Assembly (NCBI GenBank): GCA_050084985.1
Contig: JBITNC010000002.1
Location: forward strand, 5,084,001 to 5,148,000
Direction: 5' to 3'
DNA length: 64,000 bases
Source of the DNA: Nageia nagi
Lineage: Eukaryota > Plantae > Pinophyta
The notes under the pieces were generated by a model that saw nothing but the letters and a program-made list of their open reading frames with translations, ran no database searches and was not told the origin of the DNA. The translations under genes and the position numbers were made by a program. Numbering within the stretch: the stretch's first letter is position 1; the number at the start of each line of letters is the position of its first letter. Of the stretch, positions 13,426-27,150 are shown in pieces.

Positions 13426-15469
13426 GTACGTTCTTTACTCTCATCTTTAAATAACCATCTAAACTTTTAACTGTTTATTGCACTCACAGATCTTCTTTCC
13501 TTTTATTACAGACCAAGTTTTGGAGTCATCTAACTATTTCTAAGGGACACCCTTGCTCAATACAAATTTCATTAGCAAAGTACTTTTGGGAAAGAATTTG
13601 GCTTAAAATACAGATATTCAATAGTGACGATACTTGTCTGCAAAGTCTCAACATTTTGGGGGTTTCCTCGAGTTAAAATTTGTTTGTTCAGCTTGTTGCC
13701 CAGTACTAAGATATTTAAATATCTCATCCATTGTAAGGTTTTTCAACGACTTGTTTGTTTGGCCGCATATGCTTGATTTCGATGGTGATTCAATTGAGAT
13801 GATTGAAGATACAATTGATATAAGGACAACTAAGATTGTCAATTATTGAAGATTATACGTATCTAGTAAAGTAAATCAGCGACTTCTGTTACTAATAAGA
13901 CTGTTGTCCTAGTATTTGGATTCCTCGACTCAAAAAGGTTTGTCAGTTTCAAGTATTCATCTTACTCTGAGATAAAAAAGTTGGAACAATCTTACTTGTC
14001 GAAAACTACTTTTGAGAATAGCTGCAACCATGCTTACTGAATTTAGATTTCAATTAATGCTTTTTGACACTGATCAATCAATACAACGTTATGACAAGGC
14101 AACATGTCAAGTTAGATAGGAGAGCATATCAGTAAAATGATGAACCGCATCATGTTACCTAGGTTTTTGAATATGTCTCCAAGTTCATAAATCCATAAAC
14201 CTTTTCTGGTAAGATTGTTTCAGTGTTTTTTGCAGTTCACTACTTTGATGCATCTTGTATATGAACCAGTGTTGTTGATGATCTTCACATTTTAAAGTTG
14301 CCTATAGTATTTAGTGGTGTAAGCAAATTTATCAGTGTGATAAGGGAGAGAGGTCTGCACAATGTCATGATTCTAGTTTGCAGTGAGCAACCTGTCTCAT
14401 CACAACGGGCCAGAGTAGTCCTGATTTTTGTTTTTAAATATATTTTTGGAGGAATGAATTTCATTGTAGTGTCTTTTTTTGTTAGTATACTACCAAGTTT
14501 TTAGTTGCTTCTTGAATGTATGGAAGGGAAGTTTGAGAACTGTTTCCCCTTGTTTTGTCTTTATTATCACAATTTTTTTGTGAATTTTGACCACTGGAGG
14601 GTCAAAACTTTTGGTGGGTGCATCATGTGGATCGTAGGATACCTTTATCACAATCGTTTGGAGATGGTTACAAAACCTTTTTAATCTGCTAATCTTTATA
14701 ATATTATATCCATTCTTGTTAGAACTTAGTAAGATGCAACTTACTATTATTCGGAGTCTTTGTTTGATATATAATGTTCTTGAGGCTAGTTTATAGAGAT
14801 ACCTGCTTTTTTTGAAATTTGATGGTGAATATCAGGCTATTGATAAAGATCTATGTGGGCCTTTTTCCTCTAGACTTGTTGGGAAATAGAGCAATCATTT
14901 GCCTTGCAATTTGTATACCCAGAAAAGATAACTGATAAGTAATATTGTTCTTCAACCTCTTTAACCCAATTAATTCTCAAGTTTTCCAAGAAGAATCTAA
15001 ATTATCTCTGTCCTGTGGCTAGTTCACATTAATGTATAGTTAACATATCTCCATCAACATTTTGGTTTCAAAGCAAAGTATTCAGGTATCACCTATTTTA
15101 ACTGATCAATCATAGATAAGTTTTTTTTGTTTGTTGTGTTTTGTGTTCGTCAATATGGATAAATGCTTTATATACATTTTGTTACTGTTTTAATGAAGTT
15201 TTCATATTTTCTATGGACGCAGAAAAGAAGCTAAATGGTTTTAAGTTGAAGAAAATTCATCATATGCAGTTAAAATGCATGAAAACTGGTTTTAGAACTT
15301 AAGAGAGTGGCATGGTACCTATTCAGATCCCTTTCTGCTCAAGGAAACCAATCAGCAGACTCGAGAGAAATTTGCATATTTGTCCCCCATCAGTGTTACC
15401 ATATTACATTATAGATTCCCTTAGAGTGAACATTTCAAAAAAAATAGTACATTGCAGGGGTCAAAACTA

Positions 15470-17430
15470 GCCAATGAGCAAAAAGATGCTTCAAGAGTCA
15501 CTTGATACTTATGAAATGGCTTCCAAAAGCTTGTAGAAAGAAAGTATATTAATGTCCTTGGGTGACCAAAAGTGGTCAATGGGATTAGCATGTATAATCA
15601 TGATCATGAAACCAACAAAGCCCCTACTGGGCATCTCCTAATAAATCAAATACATCCGTAAAAGAAAATCCAAATCCTAAAATGAGGGAGATACAAAATC
15701 TAAGATGACCAAAGGGAGTCCATCCTGAGCCTCTCCAGGGGGAGCAATTAGGTGCTCTATGCCCTTAGAAGAGGTTGTGCTGGGGTCGTGTTTGTGATAC
15801 CATTGATAGTACGAATGAAGGATGAGATTTGTCGGGTCCTCAGCTGAATCTGGGGCCTAAAGGCATTTCCTGGTACGACATGGTAGATGTGTAGGCTCAT
15901 CTCGTCATCTCCTTGAACCTTCCTCAATAGAATAAGCTTGAAAAAAAGAAATAATATGACGTCCTCTGTTGGCTGTTGGGAACGAGCTAGTAGTAGATGA
16001 AGTTTGAAAATAATGAAGTGTAACCAAATCTCCTCTAGGAAACCATGAAGAAAGCATTTTCTTCAACATAGTTCATTGCAAGGAAGATGAAAGCTTCGTA
16101 AATAAAGAAATCAAACCAATAACCAACAAATCTCTCTCGAATGAAGAGAAACAAGGTATGAAGGATAATGTTCTCCACCATACATACAAGAAAGATGTGC
16201 ATAAAGAAACACATTATCACACATAGCATGTCCACATAAGATGTGATCTCCCATATTCACACCATATGATCTATTTCATAAACTTGCTTCAAAGCTAATC
16301 AAAGATGTCACACCAAACGAGCCATGAAGAAAAGTTACCTCAACAACCAAATTTCACCACATATAGAATGTAGAAATCGTGAAGGAAGGTGCTTAGTAAT
16401 CAGAATTTCTTCATCCACAAACTAGCTCCAACAAAAGTCAATCATCTTGGCATCATCAAAGAAAAACCCCCCTCAACATGTGCTACACTTCCATGGTGCT
16501 AGATTGGCATTGCTATCAAAACACTAGCCAACAAACAAAAGCATTGGGGCTAAGATGACATTGCTATCATAACACTAGTCAATCAAAAAGACCTAAAATA
16601 TCTCTACCTTTGAATCACAAGGCAAGCACAAAAGAACTAGTAGAAAATGTGAAGTGAGAGTAACACAACCATCTTCAGAATGGCTGCAATATGATACCAA
16701 GTCTTCAAAAATCTTCAAAATAAATTTGAGTATGTAGCAATACCTTCAAAAATAATGGAGGACACCATCTTCATCTTCAAGGATGACTATTGCAAAAATG
16801 CCATCTCTTATCACCTTTGCAACAAGATAAAGAATATCTCCAACAAGGCACCACTCAACTCAATCAAATAAGCATAAGAAGAAATCTATGGTTTCACCTC
16901 CAAAGGGCAACAAAGAAACCATAACATCAAGATCAAGATCCTTGAACAAAATTGCCTTACAATGAAAAATATGAAGTTTGAAACTTCAAAGCCAAACTAG
17001 ATGAACCAATATACCAAATTGGTCAATAGGAAAATGGGTATCCAAAAATGAGGTCAGAAATAGATTTAGACAAAGGGATATGGAGAAAAATGGAGGATGA
17101 AGATGGCTATGGAGTTCTCAAATTTGCATGAAAATGAGCCAAAGCTTTGATACCATTATAAGTCTTAGTAGTGGGATACTCTTAATTCCAAAAACCCTAG
17201 TTTACATTCCAAATTGATAAGTATAAAAAGAAGAGAAGCATACATCACTCCTTCAAAAAACCCTAAAAAATCCTAATGACTCTTCAACTTCCTAATTACA
17301 TGTGGAATTTCTTCCACTTACAAATATGGAAATATAAAATGCTTTTATTTCACCTACATACTTAACACCTAAATCTAATAATATTGCAATTAACCTTAAT
17401 CCCTAAGCATTAGGTTTCCAATAAGCACAT
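15470..17430 (-). mobile_element. Degraded LTR retroelement fragment in the lipase intron
   Basis: Minus-strand PBS (GCTTTGATACCA on + at 17144-17155) next to an LTR-like segment; boundaries approximate; no intact domains. Confidence 0.45.
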
Positions 17431-17999
17431 CAGATGTAGGCTTGGCATTGTATTGGGATTTACTATTGTGTTAAAATAGGAAAAGGCATACATGCAAAGA
17501 ATATAATGCTTACAGATATTGAACAAAAAATATTATTTTCCATTCAACGTTTTACAATGTGTTGGGTACCCATGTATATTCCCTTAAATATCACTCATAG
17601 AAGTCTACAGTATGATGTGCCTGTGAGTGGAATCAACAATACTACTACATTTCTAGCAACACTATCATCATTATTGCAATCCCATTAAAAGAAATTAGTA
17701 TTTTTGCTTTCTTAATTGCTCACAGTAGGTTTAGAAAGATATGATCTGATCCTCATTATGCACAATATGTGTAACCATAATCTTAGTATTGGGCATGGTT
17801 TCAAAACACTAGTGCAACTTATAACTGTTCCGAATGAACTTAATCCTTAATGTCACCAGAACCAACTTCTTGATAAAAATTGTTTTTCCATATGGATTTT
17901 CAGCTCATTAACTAGGCTGTAGTTGGTTGTGTCAATTAACCAGGATATGTTCAAGGTTTCATGTCAACCAGGTGGTGACTTGAATTTATTGTGGGACAG

Positions 18000-18128
18000 C
18001 TTGCCGTGCTTATTATGCTGCACTTGTGTGAGTGACACTTTCACCCCAGAGGATAAGTTGTTGAGAGATCCTACGAGGCTTTATGTTCCAGGGCGTTTAT
18101 ACCATATTGTTGAAAGGAATCTATGCAC
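18000..18128 (+). CDS. Class-3 lipase family gene, internal exon
   Basis: gacag|C TTG CCG...TGC AC|gtaagt encodes (C)LPCLLCCTCVSDTFTPEDKLLRDPTRLYVPGRLYHIVERNLC. Confidence 0.93.
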
Positions 18129-20009
18129 GTAAGTCTTCTTTCACTCATCTATTAACTGATTTCTATGGTGTTGGTCAATTTTTCTTTGTATTTAATGCAT
18201 TTGCCTTCCATCTAGAGGAAGTTGAAGTTTCCTTTTTATTTGGTGCATGCAGAACACTGATAATTGTCGTCAGAAAGGAACCTTCCCTTTGAGCTATGCT
18301 ATATTTATGTAGTATATAATATACCACAACCTTTTCTGGAATTAAAGAAATTCATTCTAATAATTCAACATTTTAATGCATAAAGAATCATGAATCAGAC
18401 TTACATAATTAGCTGAGTAACCTCCATTCCGAGACCAAGAATAATTTAGCACATATACAGTATATTCAGTCACAGTTTACATAATTGCATGGCTCTATGT
18501 CATATCATTTTCCTGCTGTAAGTCGTCAGAATAGAGGAATTGTCTGGTTGTCACTATTTTGAGGTGTAATGCCCTCACTTGAAATATTCATTTGTGGTGA
18601 TTCCTATTATTACCGTGACTTCAAATCTGAATAAGGTCCTCCTTACAGACTTGGATGTGTCTGTGGCTAACACAATTGTTAGCAGTAGCCACTTAACAAC
18701 CAATAAACGCTTCAGTTATATAAGGTTATCTTACTTAAATTGAGAAAGAAATTGCAGACAAACCACTTGAAGAAAGATCTTGGGATGCGATTCATTCAAT
18801 CATGAAGACCCATTTTCAATATCTTCAATAATGGTGAACAATACAATTAACTGTGCAAGTAGTAAATGAATTAGTTGATCACTATGGCATTAGTCCTAAA
18901 AGGCATGTATTTGGGAACTCCACATCATAAGTTGTATCCTAGTGCAAAGATCATGGGGTTATTTGAAATGTTGATCTCATTTGTCTGTTTCGTGTCACGT
19001 GTTTCCAGAAAACTACTGCATATCAAAATATTGGCTTAATTCATTATATTGTCCTGTCTCGCATGTAGCAGTCTGATGACTTCAGATACAAACTATCTTA
19101 ACAACATAAGGTGAACACCTGCCCTACTGTGAACTTCTGTATAATGTCCTTATTTGGGCTGCTGGTGTTCGCATACAACTTGGGGATTAGTTTCAAAATA
19201 TTTGATGAAGCCATGACTGAATTGCTGACTGATTTCACTGCTATATTCTATTTTAAATGTCTTCTCAACAATTTGTTCTTCTCATATAGATCCCCAATAG
19301 CTTATAGAACCTGCTTGTTTGCACTTTAGAAGTCTGCCAACCATCTCCAATCTCTCTCATTGTTGTTCATTTTTCATTTGCTGTTTACAAATATTAGAGT
19401 TTCAATTCATCCAAGTGCTTGAAGGGGCTGTAGAGATCAACGGTCACATCAGCTACCCGCATTTGGGTATTTCTATGGGTTCTTCACAATTGATTAGAGA
19501 TAGGGATCTCGACTTAGGAACCTGTTGGAAAATTAATGTGTGAATAAGGCCTAAAAATAAAAACACGGGTTTTCCACATGTTCTCCACCCCATAACTCAT
19601 CAGACTGGCAGACAGTTGACAATGACACATAAATTCAAAGATTTTACATAGTGTTCAAAATTCAAAGAATCTGCATCATTTCATCTCTTATTTTGCTCTC
19701 ATATTGGATGTAGATACCCATTTCTATTCAAAAGATTGTCACATTGCTACATAACAGGTCTGAATGTTACATAGCTACAGTAATGTCGTAGTCCTAGAAA
19801 GAATGTCTAACATTATGTTACAGGGGACATTAGCAAAGTATCCCGCATATGCAGGATCCTCTACATGAGTAATTGAAGCAAGCATAGAATCTATAAGTCA
19901 GGCCTGACCTTTGAATATATGTACACCATGTTGATAATGATACTGACGTCGTTCAATTTTACATTTTGAATTCCATTTGATGTCATTTCACACATACACA
20001 ATTTCACAA

Positions 20010-20350
20010 TTTCACGTTCAAGCTTTTTATTTCTGGCACTGCAATTTGCATTGCTGTTTTATTGAACGTTCCGATGTGGAAGGTATATATATATATACAG
20101 CTTCACATTCAAGCTCTGTATTTCTGGCACTGCAATTTGCATTCCTGTTATATATATATATATATAATCATGAATTTCACATTCAAGCTCTTTATTTCTG
20201 GCACTGCAATTTGCATTGCTGTTTTATTTAACATTCTGATGTGGAAGGTATATATATATATATATATACAACTTCACATTCAAGCTCTGTATTTCTGGCA
20301 CTGCAATTTGCATTCCTGTTTTATTTTACAATCTGGTCTGGAAGGAATAT
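20010..20350. repeat. Intronic minisatellite: four copies of a ~48-bp core interleaved with (TA)n
   Basis: Core TTCACATTCAAGCTCTGTATTTCTGGCACTGCAATTTGCATT at ~20011, 20102, 20176 and 20273, in an A-B-A-B arrangement. Confidence 0.9.
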
Positions 20351-20801
20351 GTCAACCTCATGCTAATATATTTACCAACATACGACCTTGTGTCACTGCC
20401 AGGACTTGCACACAGGGAAGAGTGACTAACGATAACATATTCATCAGTGTTATTAAGCTAGTGAAGGAGCATTGAAAATCTGCTTATAATTTCACAATAC
20501 AAGTTATAGAATATCAACAACATTAAATCATTCTCCAATTTGGAAATATCAGAAATTTACAGGTTTATAAGGTTTAAGGGTCCTGGGAGCACATGCATGT
20601 GACTAAAAGCCTTCAAACACTTAATTATTCCTTACACAAGCTATGGTGTAATTCTTCACAAAGATTCATAACCATACTGCAAATTCCCTCATCAGTGTGT
20701 GTTTTAATTTATGGATGATGGAATTTATGTTTTCTATATTAATTCATACATGCATCTTTATCTCTATTGAATTGAACATCATCTTCTTTCCATTATTGTA
20801 G

Positions 20802-20937
20802 GTATGGACGTTTACCTCCTATTGTAAAAACAGCTGTACCTGTAGATGGAAGGTTTGAACAAGTCGTTATTTCATGTAATGCAACTTCGGATCATTCCAT
20901 TGTGTGGATAGAAAGGGAGTCTCAAAAAGCTTTAAAG
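20802..20937 (+). CDS. Class-3 lipase family gene, internal exon
   Basis: ttgtag|G TAT GGA...TTA AAG|gtaaat encodes YGRLPPIVKTAVPVDGRFEQVVISCNATSDHSIVWIERESQKALK. Confidence 0.95.
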
Positions 20938-21084
20938 GTAAATAGAGTCTTTGATATAAGAGAGTCCACGTTAGATTCTTAGTCAATTTTCTTCTTATCA
21001 TCTTATTTATCACTTATCAGGTTAGTCAGTTCTATGATGTTATGTCTCTGATTATGATGTTGTTTTTCATTCATATAATTACAG

Positions 21085-21252
21085 ATAATGATGGACAAGG
21101 AGAATATGATGACCACACCGGTCATACAAAAGATGGAGAGGCAGATATCCCAGAAGTTGGATTATGATAGAGAATACAGTGATGCAATTAGGAGGGTTGT
21201 TTCTCTAAATGTTCCTCATAATCCAGGGCAGCTATACGGCACCTTTTCCTAG
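21085..21252 (+). CDS. Class-3 lipase family gene, last coding exon
   Basis: ttacag|ATA ATG ATG... encodes IMMDKENMMTTPVIQKMERQ...AIRRVVSLNVPH...YGTFS*, stop TAG at 21250-21252. Confidence 0.88.
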   Translation: MMMDKENMMTTPVIQKMERQISQKLDYDREYSDAIRRVVSLNVPHNPGQLYGTFS

Positions 21253-24200
21253 TACACTATGTTATTACGAGGTCTTCAACTAGTGGGCAACAAAGCAAAG
21301 GCATCTCAACAAATCCTGAATCAATCACTTAAATCCATTAGAATGTGTTCAACAGAAGTGATTAGGATAGGTGGAACAAATATCCACTGAAACATGTAAC
21401 ACACTTATTGTGAATTGAAACTACAATAAGAAGGGTTCAAGCAATGGTCAATTACGTCCATTTATTGCCAAAACATTCTGAAAGCTGAGTAGCTTTATAT
21501 ATAAATTTATGGCCTTCCTAAATAGTAAAACTAGTTCATCATTGATGTGACTTATTTTACTCAACAATGCATATAATTGTTTTTGCCTCTCTATTACGTA
21601 CTACCCCAGCAGCAGTTTCAAACATATGCAGCATCTATTGCATTCTGTTATTGTTTGCTATACACAACTATACATAAACAAAAGCAAAAAGGCATTGTTA
21701 CTCTTTGAAAAGGGCTTATTGCATTTTCTTTTCTAATAAGAACTCTGCGTAACATATATAACCACGATTTACTCTCTTTTCACTTTTCCCTTGACTTTCT
21801 CATTATATATGATCAAAAGTTGTATGATTAAGGTTCAAAAATTGCCACCTTTCACCTTTAAAACAACCTTAGCCAACTCCATTAACACCATCATCTACTC
21901 AAAGCAACAAGAAAGCTGTGATCATTATATTAAATGTTTTTTTTTTCAATAGTAAAAATCAAAGACATTGAAGTGGTATTTCATTACCAGTGCTGTATCT
22001 GATTCAAACAAGAACTAGATATAGTCAGTATAGAACAGAATGATGGAAAAACTTAAAAAAGAATCTTCAGCAACCAAAAGGGCATAATATATTGGTCCAG
22101 TAATACAAGGGATGATGGTGGTAAAGGAACCTGCACATTTTGTTTTTTGTAATAGTTAAAAAGGTTTACAGAAATAGCAATCAAAGTCATAAAGAAATAA
22201 ATTATTGAATAATCCTGTAATGAGCTAATTATGAGAGTTAGGATAGGTATTTATACAAGCTAAAAGATATGAGAAAATATGTACATCCAAAAGAGACAAT
22301 CTTCACAACATATGAGGGTTAATTATGTATAATACACATTCTAGGGTCAAGAAAGCCTCATCCTAGAAGCTCATTGGAAGATGAATGATGATCACGGTGA
22401 ACAATTGCCCATGGAATTTAAGTTAGTCCAATTAAGGTCAAGTTGAATAGATATTGAGAAAACAATTAAGGAAGTTATTTTATTGATTCTATAAACAGAA
22501 GTTACTATATACAAACATTGTACGTAATCATGATTACAAATACTAGAGAGTTGAGATTTTAAATGTTTCTAACAATGGTAATGTTGAAAATGTTCAAAAG
22601 ATTATCAAATTGATCCTTTTTGAGTTGTTTGATTTCTTAAAAAAATTAAAGCTAAGAAGAATCACTTACTGTACGTTGAAATATCACTGATAAATATATT
22701 CTATCCCATATGGATTAGTGACATTTATATTGTTTTTATTGACTTCAAAATCCACAGCATCATATCATATTGTTGCAATCTATGAAAGGTAGTGGAAATG
22801 GTTCAAGGAAAGAACAAAGCAGGGTAAAGAAGGTAAAGCTACAATCATCACAGGGAAAATGATTTGAAGGATGGAATGAAGGCATGGCACAAAGGTGGTG
22901 AGAAGGGAACAAAAAGAGGATTGGAGGAGTCAAGTGGGACATGTGAGGCAGGCGAATCATGAGAACAAAGGAGGAGGCTAACAACATATAGTTTGTAGCT
23001 ATAGAAAAAAGAAGGTGAGCAATGGCACAGTACATATAGGAAGGAGAGAAGTGCATGGAGAAAGGGGATGTGTAATAAAGAAGGTAAGCAGAAGCAGAGA
23101 AAACAAAATTTAGGTTAAAGGGAGTGGTGATTAGTTGGAAGAAACATAAGAGGATGGATACAGGTTTTGTGTGCATTTTAATTTTAGTTTTGATATAACA
23201 CCATCAACTCAACCTTTTTCTCTTTAATGACTATGATGCATCATTAAATATTTAAAACGACCACCACACCACCAGCTCTATTGCTCAGTGATGATGGCTA
23301 CTAAGATACACCAACCCATGGCCACAAGGTGTATGAGTAAAGTCTTCGATATCACTTGGAGAGCAAAAAGGTTGACATTGATGAACTATAGAAGTTGCAT
23401 ATGAAAATATTAAATATACAATTACAAACTATGAGGTCATAACAAGTTGGCATTAAGTGACTCCTATCTGTTTTTTCCCTTTTCCTGATGTTATGAAACA
23501 TTGAAGATGTAATCCTTAAGAACTGGTATTATGTTTTACAAGTCCAAACTCCTTTCATTCTGTTAGTCACATGTAGAGAAAACTACAGGATGCCTACATA
23601 GTACAACCATAGAAAAGTTTACAAGTTTGAAATATGAAAATAATGTATAATAAGTCGTTATGCTTTCCTACCACAGTTTGCGGCGTATATAGTTCTCTCC
23701 ATACACGTGGGATTTTGTTAATGATAATGAAGGCCATCCCAAGATAGAACAAAATTGATAAAAAGTTAATAGCAATGACTGCCCGCTTATCCAATAAAAT
23801 TGGTTGTTTTTTACTAATATATAGACTCAATTTTACAAGAAATATTTCAAGTTTTCATATATTATCAATATGTTGATTGCCCTTAAAAGCAAACATGGTG
23901 GCAACCAAATGGGCACCCATCTCTTTTTGTTTTACATATTTAATATATTTTTTGCTTGGGAATTGTTGGAATCTAATTACAATAAGAGCAAGTGGTAACT
24001 TCTTATACCAGTAAATAGCTCAAACTTGTGACTTGAGTCAGTATAATGTCATTTCATTGTCTGCCAAGAATATCCATATAAAGAACAAAGAAATGTATAG
24101 AAATTGTGTTTTGGAATTTTCACAATACAAGCTGGAAGAATGTTCAGGCAACAAGTCTTATAGCTTGAATCTTATGGCAGTAATCAGCTTCAAATTTCAA

Positions 24201-24333
24201 TATTCCCTATTAGAAAATATGCTTTCAAATCTTTTATCCTCTGATTTTACAAATTTAAAGGTACATTTGGTAGAGTCCAAGTACAAATGCTACTCAATTA
24301 GAACTTGTGGCAAAATAGGTTCAATTCTTGGAA

Positions 24334-24882
24334 CTAACCATTCTGCTGAGAAATAAGAACAAGGAGCCCTTGTTGACCAAGCAAAGTTTCATTCAAGAAA
24401 CTAATTATGGCAAACCACACAACAGGAGAGACATCGACTCCAGCAACAGGAGGAATTACCTTTCGAGTAGGACTAAGAAATGGTTCTGTTGGTACATAGG
24501 CTATTAAATAAGGAAACTTTCCCACAGGGAGTTGAGGATACCAGGACATTACTATCCTCACGATGAAGAGAATATTGAATGCCGAAAACAGAGGGCCTAA
24601 TATATTTATTGCAAGTTTTGTTGTTGATGGGTCTAATTCACCAAGCATAATTCTATGGATGCTTCCTGCCATATCATCCTCTCCAAAGAGAGGTGCTGCA
24701 CGAGCCATATCAGAAAACGATAGTCCAGAGTGAACAATACTAATTCCCAGTAGAATAGCCATATTTTGGAATGAAGCATTCTTCGTCTTACTGCCCTTTG
24801 CTGGTCTTTTTCCAGTTCCCTTGATAAAATGTAATGGAAAGCTCCAACATCTGATCAAATGACTGCTTTTCACATGGTATTT
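24334..24882 (-). CDS. CCB3: Chloroplast YGGT-family protein CCB3 (cytochrome b6f heme ci assembly), main/last exon
   Basis: 'LDPSTTKLAINILGPLFSAFNILFIVRIVMSWYPQLPVGKFPYLIAYVPTEPFLSPTRKVIPPVAGVDVSPVVWFAIISFLNETLLGQQGLLVLISQQ' is the characteristic CCB3 YGGT domain; in-frame acceptor ttttattggcag| at 24883; 5' exons unresolved. Confidence 0.92.
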   Translation of the reverse strand, partial: KYHVKSSHLIRCWSFPLHFIKGTGKRPAKGSKTKNASFQNMAILLGISIVHSGLSFSDMARAAPLFGEDDMAGSIHRIMLGELDPSTTKLAINILGPLFSAFNILFIVRIVMSWYPQLPVGKFPYLIAYVPTEPFLSPTRKVIPPVAGVDVSPVVWFAIISFLNETLLGQQGLLVLISQQNG

Positions 24883-26062
24883 CTGCCAATAAAACCAAGA
24901 GAAGTTATATAATCTGGTAATGCCTAAAACAGTATCTCATAAGTAATTGGTAAGTAGAACATTATCAACTCATGTTAGGGGAGTTGGGAAACAAGTGGGT
25001 GTGTAGAAACTCAAATGATGTAAATGTGGTTCCAAGTTCAAATCCCACCCCCTACATGTTGGTGATGTCTCAAATATGAAATTTAGATGGCGGAAATCAT
25101 TCCACAGCCAAAAAAGGTTTGGGGCCCTTTCAAAAACCCTTCCAACCAATATCAAAATAAAATTGGGAAATAGAACATTACAAGTTGTGAGCTGCATAAA
25201 TTCAAAATGCTGGAAGTAAAAGGTCTTTAAGGTTTTTAATAAGAATTATAAAACATAAAACACATGAACCAAAACAGTTACAAATTATTATTCATCCAGA
25301 ATAAACCGATAAATTCAATGCAGTCATACAATGCAATAGCTTTTTTAAAGCATTTCTTCCAATCCAGAATAAACCAATGAATTTAATGCAGTTATATATT
25401 ATAATGGCTTTGTGAAATATTTGTTTTTACTTTTTACATTTCTTCTAAATTATACAACTAATTTGAACTAAGGATCCTTTTCAGAAAGTACACTCTGAAA
25501 ATTTCAATCTGGACCTACCATAGGTTAAATGACAAGATTCCTTGCATTTAGTCAAAATTCTAAGCCTTGATCTTATGTAATTCTGAATCACTTTTGGTAT
25601 TGTATTTAAAAATATCCTGTAACCAAACAATGAAGAAGAGAAAATTTAATTTCGTCTAAAACATCTTGTATCATGGTTCATTGTTTTTGGTCCCACTGAC
25701 CTACTTGGATCATTCGTCAGCATTAATAATATTTATTTCTTTATTGTAGGTTTTGGCATATCTCAGTGGTTGTTTTTGTCTCGAGTTGATCAACATTAGG
25801 ATTGGACTTTGGCAGGTTACACAAGAAATTTCACACAGATCAACACTATTTTGACTGAGATATTGCAAAAGCTATCTTGGGGAGTGCCCAATCTCTGGAG
25901 GGTTATTAGGGAACCACACAAGGAGTTTTTATTTCAAATTTCATCTCATTTTGACTAAGTTATTATGATTTATGATGCATAAATGCTTTCCAAGAAGGAT
26001 GTTAGTAAAAGTTTTAGAGCCGAAACCCATTCTTGAAAAGCTTGTGAAGAATTCAGGGGACT

Positions 26063-27150
26063 TGTAATGTCCCTAAAATTCCCAACTTTGTAAATAAATA
26101 AATTTTGCTTGTGAATTTCGAAGTTAGGGTTTGTAGGATGGGACGTCCACCATTGGAGTCCATTTTTGTGTGTTTGGATTGTGATTTTGTACAGCTATGA
26201 TGGATAATGAGGGACGTTGGCTTTGTGGAAGGCTGGAAACCATATTTTGATGACCATTTTGGATCCCTAGCCACCCAAGAATGCAACTTTGGTGTATTGA
26301 GCTCTCCTAGCTTGGACGTTGGGGCTTTGGAGAGTCTTTTTCTTTGTTGTGTGGGTCCCAACATTACTTAAGTGATTTTTAAGTTGTTTTGATGAGGTTA
26401 AATCGCAGCCATCAAATTTGATAATTGATCAAGGGCCAAGATCTAAGCTATCTTTAGGGTTATCATTATAAGAAGTGATGTTTTAATATCAGCCATCAAA
26501 GAAGATCAATGGCTAAGATTTATTCTCTTATTGAGCTGTGATATAAAAGAAATTAGGGTTCCATTTGCAAAGTAGTTTTTGGAGAATATTGGAATTTTGG
26601 AAGGACTTAGCTATAGCTAGCTAGTTCTTTGGCTCTTACATTTTGCAGGAGATTATTTGAGGTTCCCATTGGAATACTTCCAATGGAGGCTAGAAGGATA
26701 AACCCTAAAGCTATCTACCCATTGAAGAGACAGATCTGTCCAAGGTCTGCAATTGTGCTTGCATGTTTTGTAAGTGAGGGTTTTGACACCTTTTTGACAT
26801 CAGTTCAGGGTTGATTGAGTTCATAAGAGGAACACTTAGTTGGAAAGCACAGTTCAGTCCAGATTTTGCAGTCGAGAGAGGACGTCCAGCTTGGGCGGTC
26901 ACTTTGTGATCAGATTTTCTGATATTTTGCGCTAGGGGCAACGTTCAGCTCATAGAGACAATTTGATATTTTGTGGTTGTTGATTACTGTTGTTTTGGCC
27001 ATAGTTTGGTCAGATTTTGATGCTGTTCCTGTTGTTATGATTTCCTGTTTACAAAATTATAAAAAAAACAAAAAAATCAGAGTTTGGTGTTTTGCTATTT
27101 TTGCTATTTTTGCGTATGTGTGTTTGGTAGTTTACAGGAATCTCATCTTT
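26063..27150 (+). mobile_element. Truncated LTR related to the element A LTR
   Basis: Starts TGTAATGTCCC after a purine-rich tract; repeated GGACGTCCA motifs as in A's LTR; right end not defined. Confidence 0.55.

Noticed and set aside
17923-17999. ORF-track N-terminal extension of the lipase exon
   Set aside because: Lies upstream of the AG acceptor at 17998-17999; intronic
20062-20475. 137-aa ORF with repeated 'ALYFWHCNLH'
   Set aside because: Translation of the intronic minisatellite and (TA)n tracts
22760-23176. 138-aa hydrophobic minus-strand ORF
   Set aside because: Arises from a GA-rich low-complexity tract; no recognisable motif or splice context
25290-25410. ~70-bp local direct duplication
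   Set aside because: Ordinary small duplication in non-coding DNA with no further structure
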